From contig OZ024742.1 of the NCBI GenBank assembly GCA_964016885.1, positions 34,534,001 to 34,598,000 on the forward strand: DNA of 64,000 nucleotides, written 5' to 3'. Below the pieces are notes generated by a model. The model did not search any database. It was not told where the DNA came from and saw nothing but the letters and a program-made list of their open reading frames with translations. This DNA comes from Eledone cirrhosa (taxonomy: Eukaryota). Position numbers and translations under genes: made by a program. Within the stretch, counting starts at the first letter, position 1; every line of letters begins with the position of its first letter. This document shows positions 54,978 through 64,000 of the stretch, in pieces.

Positions 54978-55376
54978 TATTATAAATCCCAAAAAGAATT
55001 TCATGTTTTGCTCTCGATATGTAGCTTGTGATTGTAAAAGCGGAAAGGCGGATCTGTTTGAAAACAAATCATATTCTCTATATGCAGATAGATGTAGAAA
55101 TATTTGAAGGAAATTACTTGATAGCTGTTAGCTTGGATTATATTATTTTCGAATCAGTATTTCTGGATATCTAGGTCGAAATATTTATCTTCACACTTGG
55201 CAGCTTTCCATCGCTCTAAGAATTGAGGAGCTATTTGCCTGTGTATGTTGGTGTGTGACTGTGTGTAGGTCTGTGTTCGTGATTGTGATTGTTTTGCTAA
55301 TGCCTTATTTTTACATGAACTGCTTATTTGTGTACTCATGTATGTATATAAATATATATATATATATGTATGTATA

Positions 55377-55454
<78 letters not shown>

Positions 55455-55727
55455 TGTGTGTGTGCGTGTATGTATATATGTTTGTATATGTGTGTGTCTA
55501 TGTATATATACGTGAGTGGGTTTTAGCGAGTGTGTGCCTCTAAGGACGGCAGGATTTGCAGTCGTTGGGACGTCAAATCAAAAATGCATTGGTACAAGTT
55601 CCGGCTCAATGCGTTTTGCGTTCCAATCTCACCGAGAAAAGCTTTGTTTCCATATTCTCGAAGTCGATAAATAAAGTACTTGTCCGATGCTGGGATTCTC
55701 TCTCTCCCTCGCGATGTCTCTATTTAT

Positions 55728-55794
<67 letters not shown>

Positions 55795-55921
55795 AATTCT
55801 GAGCTGATTCCAGTTCCTTTGAGGACTAACACCACACCCAGGAGCTGGACATGTCGATGAATTAACTTGGTAGAACACATTACAACACCATATTTTCCTG
55901 TTTATTCTACCTTAATTCTTT

Positions 55922-55974
55922 CTGCCTGATGAGGTCACAGCCAGTAATGGCTGTCACTGAAATATATATAGCTG
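55922..55974 (+). ncRNA. Type I hammerhead ribozyme (weak stem I)
   Basis: ctgc-CTGATGA-ggtcacagcca-gtaa-tggctgtcact-GAAA-tatata-UA-gctg. Confidence 0.6.
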
Positions 55975-56300
55975 CTAATTAGAATAAACGAAGCCAACTT
56001 TAACATGTTTGACTTACACATATTATTATATATATATATATATATATATTAACTTGCATACAAGTTGTCGAAGAAGAGTCGGCCTTCGATCGCCTTGATC
56101 ACACCCGATCTGATCGATATTGAAACAATTGTGAAATGAAAATAAACTTTCTACACAACCTGTAAATCTGACTTTTCATTATACCTGCACTATGAAACAT
56201 ACAGCCGCCTTAAACCTGGAACCCAACCCAACGAGGCATGGACCCCGTATCAGTGTCGATTGCCTCGAGCACCCCGCAAGTAACCGGAATTTATTCAGTT

Positions 56301-56339
<39 letters not shown>

Positions 56340-56359
56340 ACACACACACACATATACAG

Positions 56360-56427
<68 letters not shown>

Positions 56428-56959
56428 ATATTTTGGGAGGGTCATGTTGCCAATAAGAAACACACGCACCAGTTGCTTTCACTTCAATTTATTATAATAA
56501 ATTTATAAATTTAGGAACTTATAAATTTCCGGTTGGTTATATTTGACAATATATGAACAATCATCTGATTGTGGAACCAACCAACCAACCGGAAATTTAT
56601 AAATTCCTAAATTTATAAATTTATTATAATAAATTGAAGTGAAAGCAGCTGGTGCGTGTGTTTCTTATTGGCAACATGACCCTCCCAAAGTATAACAATA
56701 TCGGTTTCAACACACGTTTTCAGATAAAGAATCTTGCTAAACAAATTCAGAAACTAAATATATATATATATATATATAAATGGAAGAGAATGAAACGAAA
56801 TTTCATTTCTCATTTCTCACACTTATTACGGCTGATACCTAAATATAAGTATGTATACGTACATATATATATGTGTACAGACGTACAGTAGTATGTATAT
56901 ATATATACATACATGCACACACATATATATATATATATGTACATATGGGTTTTCCGAAC

Positions 56960-58200
56960 ATTTATTATAATGTTCGGTTTGTTTACATTAATTACGAAAT
57001 CTCTTGGCGTAAACTTTGCAACGCTTCACCTTACTCCATTTCTTTTATATCTATGGTCTGTAATTTATGTCTAGCTGAAAAATATACCATTATCTCGAAT
57101 TTCAACACTTTAATAAATAGACGTACGGACTTATTTTTGTCTCTGCATTCATAAATCTTTTAAGACATTTCACAAAGTATACAGCTAATGTCCTATTACT
57201 TATTCTACGAATAACGGTTAATTTTTTTACACATATTTATTTTTACACATATATCTTTTCACACATTTTTTCTCATATTTCATTATATTCTACAATGTAT
57301 TAATTCCCTTTTCTCTGCATGATTAAGCCTCTCGCCTCCTTTCTGTATTGACGTAAATTTTTTTTCCCGTTCAAACCTTCGAAGATTTTGTAAACAATCT
57401 ATGACGTCATATGTCTTTCTACATTTATAAACCTTTCTAGCAATTTCCTTTATTTACTTGTTGATATAAAATAATAATCAAATACTATACCCCACATATA
57501 TAAATTTTTAATAGTAATTTTTAATTTTGACATAGATAGACTATTCTTATTTTTATTTTTTATTCTAGCCTATCTTATTTTATTTTATTTTTTTATTTTA
57601 TTTTTCATTTTATTTTTAAAAAACTCTCTTTTTTATAAATATTATAATTATTTTTAATTTAATTTTAATTTTTATTTTATTAATACATTTTTACACTTCT
57701 TAATCCAATTTTTAGTATTCAAACTCAATATTAAATAATATACCCAGTTTCTTTATTCTAGACATCTAATATTTGTATATTAGCACATTTACCTCATCAA
57801 TTTATTTATTTATTTATTTATTTATTTATTCTTATTATTATATTTTTTAGCCGTTATTCACAGCTGTTTTTTCATTTTTGACAGTGTTCCCGATCAAAAG
57901 TATCTATCTCTCTCTTTCTCTTTCTCTCTCCTCCTTCTTTCTTTCTTTTTTCTTCTCTTCTATTTCTTTTTTCTTTTTTCCTTCTTCTTTCCTTTTCTTC
58001 ATTTTTCCTATTTTTTTCTCTTCTCTTATATTTTTGTCATATGTTGACTGTCATATGTTCACAAGTGGTTTTAGGCCTCATATCATGTTACCTTATTTTA
58101 TCTGATGAGAACACGATTTTTGTCCCAGGATGATGTTTCGAAATGCGCATAATAAAATATATGGAACTTTTTTAACCATCTTTTAATTTCGTCTTTATAT
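56960..58200 (+). mobile_element. 5'-truncated, decayed Naiad-type PLE
   Basis: YEISWRKL...PY...CNLCLAEK..I....LINRR resembles the C-terminus of the 42140 ORF, followed by an AT-rich UTR, the HHR at 58094 and (TA)n. Confidence 0.7.
58094..58159 (+). ncRNA. Type I hammerhead ribozyme, family of 4361-4431
   Basis: tattttat-CTGATGA-gaaca...tgtttc-GAAA-tgcgca-UA-ataaaata, about 40 nt before a (TA)n tract. Confidence 0.75.
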
Positions 58201-58203
58201 CTA

Positions 58204-58243
<40 letters not shown>

Positions 58244-58299
58244 AGTATATATATATATATTAATATATATATATACATATATACATATATATATATATG

Positions 58300-58369
<70 letters not shown>

Positions 58370-58415
58370 TATATTAATATATATATATAGATATAGATAT
58401 AGATATACTTATATT

Positions 58416-58469
<54 letters not shown>

Positions 58470-58598
58470 TATATATATACATATATTATATATATGTATT
58501 ATATATATATATATATATATACATATATATATGTATATATATACATACATTCATATAAATATATTACATACACACAGACACACACACACACACACACG

Positions 58599-58654
<56 letters not shown>

Positions 58655-59167
58655 ACAAAGGCGTTTTTGCTTACAAATTTATAACAAAATACCTCCTCAT
58701 TTACGTATATCATTTGCGTATATTATTTACTTATTTTTTCTATACATATATTTCTTTGTGATTTCAAGTCATTTATAGAAAACTTGTTTTTTTCTCTATA
58801 AGAATGTAAGGTCAAAAAGGAATGAAAGGTAAAAAACAACATGTAATTTTATATGCAGATATATTTCCGTAAGGAGAATTGAAAATTTTGGTAGATGAAA
58901 GTCTTTTGTACAAAGTATAATCTTCGTTTCTGATATTTTTCAACGATAGATCTTTAGATCTTTCACAAGAATTATGTAGGAATCATGGAACACTTTTTTT
59001 TCCCTATCTAACGTTAAAACATAACAATATAAACAGAGAAAATAAACCATAACGAATATGAATAACATTGATGGTATGATATTACTTATTCTATCAATCT
59101 CTTTATCTCCAACCGCTAAGTTCGCCGACAGAAACTCTTTTATTCCAGATGTTTTGTTTCCCGATAT

Positions 59168-59227
<60 letters not shown>

Positions 59228-59228
59228 A

Positions 59229-59308
<80 letters not shown>

Positions 59309-59643
59309 ATCTCCCTCTCTCTCTGTGTTTCTGTGTGTCTGTGTGATTGTGCATCTATGTACGCACATAATTGTGTCTGTGTGTGTGTCTGTGTATGTTT
59401 CTGTGTGTCTGTGTGTGTGTGTGTGTGTGTGTCTGGTTGTGCGTCTATGTACGTGCGTAATTGTGTCTGTGTGTGTCTGTGTTTGTGTTTCTCGGTGTGT
59501 GTGTGTGTTTCTGTGTTTCTCTGTGTGTGTGTGTGTGTCTGTCTCTGTGTGTGTCTGTCTGATTGTGCGTCTATGTACGTGCGTAATTGTGTCTATGTGT
59601 GTCTGTGTTTATGTTTCTCGGTGTGTGTGTGTGTGTTTCTGTG

Positions 59644-59679
<36 letters not shown>

Positions 59680-59952
59680 TGTCTGGTTGTGCCTCTATGT
59701 ACGTCCGTAATTGTGTCTGTGTTTATGTTTCCCGGTGTGTGCGTGTGTTTCTGTATGTGTGTGTATGTGTTTATGTGTGTGTCTGTGTGTGTGTGTCTGT
59801 CTAATTGTGCGTCTATGTACGCACGTAATTGTGTCTGTGTGTGTGTGCAATACTACATAATATTTTGTATACGAGTATATATATGCGAATATGATAATAT
59901 CCATAAATTTACACGTGGTCCCTGCTATCAATAATGAAAGAAATACCGTTGA

Positions 59953-62900
59953 ATGTACAACATGTTATACTCCACTGTTGGTATACTGTATATACCAGTA
60001 TCACCTGATACATGTACAGTTATACTCCACTGTTGGTATACTGTATATACCAGTATCACCTGATACATGTACAGTTATACTCCACTGTTTATATGCTGTA
60101 TATACCAGTATCACCTGATACATGTACAGTTATACTCCACTGTCGGTATGCCGTATATACCAGTATCACCTGATACATGTACAGTTATACTCCACTGTTG
60201 GTATACTGTATATACCAGTATCACTTGATACATGTACAGTTATACTCCACTGTTGGTATACCGTATATACCAGTATCACCTGATACATGTACAGTTATAC
60301 TCCACTGTTGGTATACTGTATTTACCAGTATCACTTGATACATGTACAGTTATACTCCACTGTTGGTATACCGAATATACCAGTATCACCTGATACATGT
60401 ACAGTTATACTCCACTGTTGGTATACTGTATATAGCAGTATCACTTGATACATGTACAGTTATAGTCAACTGTTGGTATACTGTATATACCAGTATCACC
60501 TGATACATGTACAGTTATACTCCACTGTTACTATGCCGTATATACCAGTATCACCTGATACATGTACAGTTATACTCCACTGTTGGTATACTGTATATAC
60601 CAGTATCACCTGATACATGTACAGTTATACTCCACTGTTGATATACTGTATATACCAGTATCACCTGATACATGTACACTTATACTACACTGTTACTATG
60701 CCGTATATACCAGTATCACCTGATACATGTACAGTTATACTCCACTGTTGGTATGCCGTATATACCAGTATCACCTGATACATGTACAGTTATAATCCAC
60801 TGTTGGTATGCTGTATATACCAGTATCACCTGATACATGTACAGTTATACTCCACTGTTGGCATACTGTATATACCAGTATCACCTGATACATGTACAGT
60901 TACACTCCACTGTTGGTATACTGTATATACCAGTATCACCTGATACATGTACAGTTATACTCCACTGTTGATATACTGTATATACCAGTATCACATGATA
61001 CATGTACAGTTATACTCCACTGTTGGTATACCGTATATACCAGTATCAACTGATACATGTACAGTTATACTCCACTGTTGGTATACCGTATATACCAGTA
61101 TCAACTGATACATGTACAGTTATACTCCACTGTTGATATACCGTATATACCAGTATCACCTGATACACGTACAGATATACTCCACTGTTGATATACTGTA
61201 TATACCAGTATCACCTGATACATGTACAGTTATAATCCACTGTTGGTATGCTGTATATACCAGTATCACCTGATACATGTACAGTTATACTCCACTGTTG
61301 GCATACTGTATATACCAGTATCACCTGATACATGTACAGTTACACTCCACTGTTGGTATACTGTATATACCAGTATCACCTGATACATGTACAGTTATAC
61401 TCCACTGTTGATATACTGTATATACCAGTATCACATGATACATGTACAGTTATACTCCACTGTTGGTATACCGTATATACCAGTATCAACTGATACATGT
61501 ACAGTTATACTCCACTGTTGGTATACCGTATATACCAGTATCAACTGATACATGTACAGTTATACTCCACTGTTGATATACCGTATATACCAGTATCACC
61601 TGATACACGTACAGATATACTCCACTGTTGATATACTGTATATACCAGTATCACCTGATACATGTACAGTTATAATCCAGTGTTGGTATACTGTATATAC
61701 CAGTATCACTTGATACATGTACAGTTATACTCCACTGTTGGTATGCCGTATATACCAGTATCACCTGATACATGTACAGTTATACTCCATTGTTGGTATA
61801 CCGTATATACCAGTATCACCTGATACATGTACAGTTATACTCCAGTGTTGGTATACTGTATATACCAGAATCAGCTGATATATGTAAAGTTTTACTCCAC
61901 TGTTGGTATACCGTATATACCAGTATCACCTGATACATGTACAGTTATACTCCACTTTTGCTATGCCGTATATACCAGTATCACCTGTACATGTACAGTT
62001 ATACTCCACTGTTGGTATACCGTATATACCAGTATCACCTGATACATGTACAGTTATACTTCACTGTTGGTATGTCGTATATAGCAGTATCAGCTGATAC
62101 ATGTACATTTATACTCCACTGTTGGTATACCGTATATACCAGTATCACCTGATACATGTACAGTTATACTCCACTGTTGGTATGCCGTATATACCAGTAT
62201 CACCTGATACATGTACAGTTATACTCCACTGTTACTATGCCGTATATACCAGTATCACCTGATACATGTACAGTTATACTCCACTGTTGGTATGCTGTAT
62301 ATACCAGTATCACCTGATACATGTACAGTTATACTCCACTGTTGGTATACCGTATATACAAGTATCACCTGATACATGTACAGTTATACTCCACTGTTGG
62401 TATACCGTATATACCAGTATCACCTGATACATGTACAGTTATAGTCCACTGTTGGTATACCGTATATACCAGTATCACCTGATACATGTACAGTTATACT
62501 CCACTGTTGGCATACTGTATATACCAGTATCACCTGATACATGTACAGTTACACTCCACTGTTGGTATACTGTATATACCAGTATCACCTGATACATGTA
62601 CAGTTATACTCCACTGTTGATATACTGTATATACCAGTATCACATGATACATGTACAGATATACTCCACTGTTGGTATACCGTATATACCAGTATCACCT
62701 GATACATGTACAGTTATACTCCACTGTTGGTATACCGTATATACCACTATCACCTGATACATGTACAGTTATACTCCACTGTTGGCATACTGTATATACC
62801 AGTATCACCTGATACATGTACAGTTACACTCCACTGTTGGTATACTGTATATACCAGTATCACCTGATACATGTACAGTTATACTCCACTGTTGATATAC

Positions 62901-64000
62901 TGTATATACCAGTATCACATGATACATGTACAGTTATACTCCACTGTTGGTATACCGTATATACCAGTATCACCTGATACATGTACAGTTATAATCCACT
63001 GTTGGTATGCTGTATATACCAGTATCACCTGATACATGTACAGTTATACTCCACTGTTGGCATACTGTATATACCAGTATCACCTGATACATGTACAGTT
63101 ACACTCCACTGTTGGTATACTGTATATACCAGTATCACCTGATACATGTACAGTTATACTCCACTGTTGATATACTGTATATACCAGTATCACATGATAC
63201 ATGTACAGTTATACTCCACTGTTGGTATACCGTATATACCAGTATCAACTTATACATGTACAGTTATACTCCACTGTTGGTATACCGTATATACCAGTAT
63301 CAACTGATACATGTACAGTTATACTCCACTGTTTATATACCGTATATACCAGTATCACCTGATACACGTACATATATACTCCACTGTTGATATACTGTAT
63401 ATACCAGTATCACCTGATACATGTACAGTTATAATCTAGTGTTGGTATACTGTATATACCAGTATCACTTGATACATGTACAGTTATACTCCACTGTTGG
63501 TATGCCGTATATACCAGTATCACCTGATACATGTACAGTTATACTCCAGTGTTGGTATACTGTATATACCAGTATCAGCTGATATATGTAAAGTTTTACT
63601 CCACTGTTTGTATACCGTATATACCAGTATCACCTGATACATGTACAGTTATACTCCACTTTTGCTATGCCGTATATACCAGTATCACCTGTACATGTAC
63701 AGTTATACTCCACTGTTGGTATACCTTATATACCAGTATCACCTGATACATGTACAGTTATACTCCACTGTTACTATGCCGTATATACCAGTATCACCTG
63801 ATACATGTACAGTTATACTCCACTGTTGATATACTCTATATACCAGTATCACCTGATAAATGTAAAGTTATACTCCACTGTAGGTATACCGTATATACCA
63901 GTAACACCTGATACATGTACAGTTATACTCCACTGTTGGTATGCCGTATATACCAGTATCACCTGATACATGTACAGTTATAATCCACTGTTGGTATGTC
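59953..64000. repeat. 55-bp tandem satellite (about 73 units, continues past the window end)
   Basis: Unit catgtacagttatactccactgttggtatactgtatataccagtatcacctgata. Confidence 0.97.

Noticed and set aside
59953-64000. CRISPR-like regular array, or a satellite-encoded hammerhead
   Set aside because: No unique spacers and no cas genes; the unit has CTGATAC rather than CUGANGA and lacks GAAA.

Overview
AT-rich, microsatellite-saturated animal genomic DNA (repeat content suggests an octopus/cephalopod; this is inference). No host protein-coding gene can be called with confidence, and almost all ORF-track entries are microsatellite translations. The window is dominated by Penelope-like retroelements (PLEs) inserted into (TA)n tracts. 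These are an intact Naiad-type PLE (794-aa RT + GIY-YIG ORF between near-identical pLTRs, 41235-45630), a frameshifted second PLE with a tandem plus inverted end (50351-54575), ORF-less tandem mini-PLEs, and many fold-back pLTR relics. Reading these by eye reveals about 20 type I hammerhead ribozyme (HHR) motifs from several families. Some are canonical; others have conserved non-canonical cores (CCGANGA with a 60-80 nt structured helix II, and CAGUUGA), which is the most novel signal here. Also present: tRNA-derived SINEs, two adjacent non-autonomous Helitrons, R4/Dong-, Tx1/L1- and RTE-like LINE remnants, a MITE, and a 55-bp multi-hairpin satellite running off the right end.
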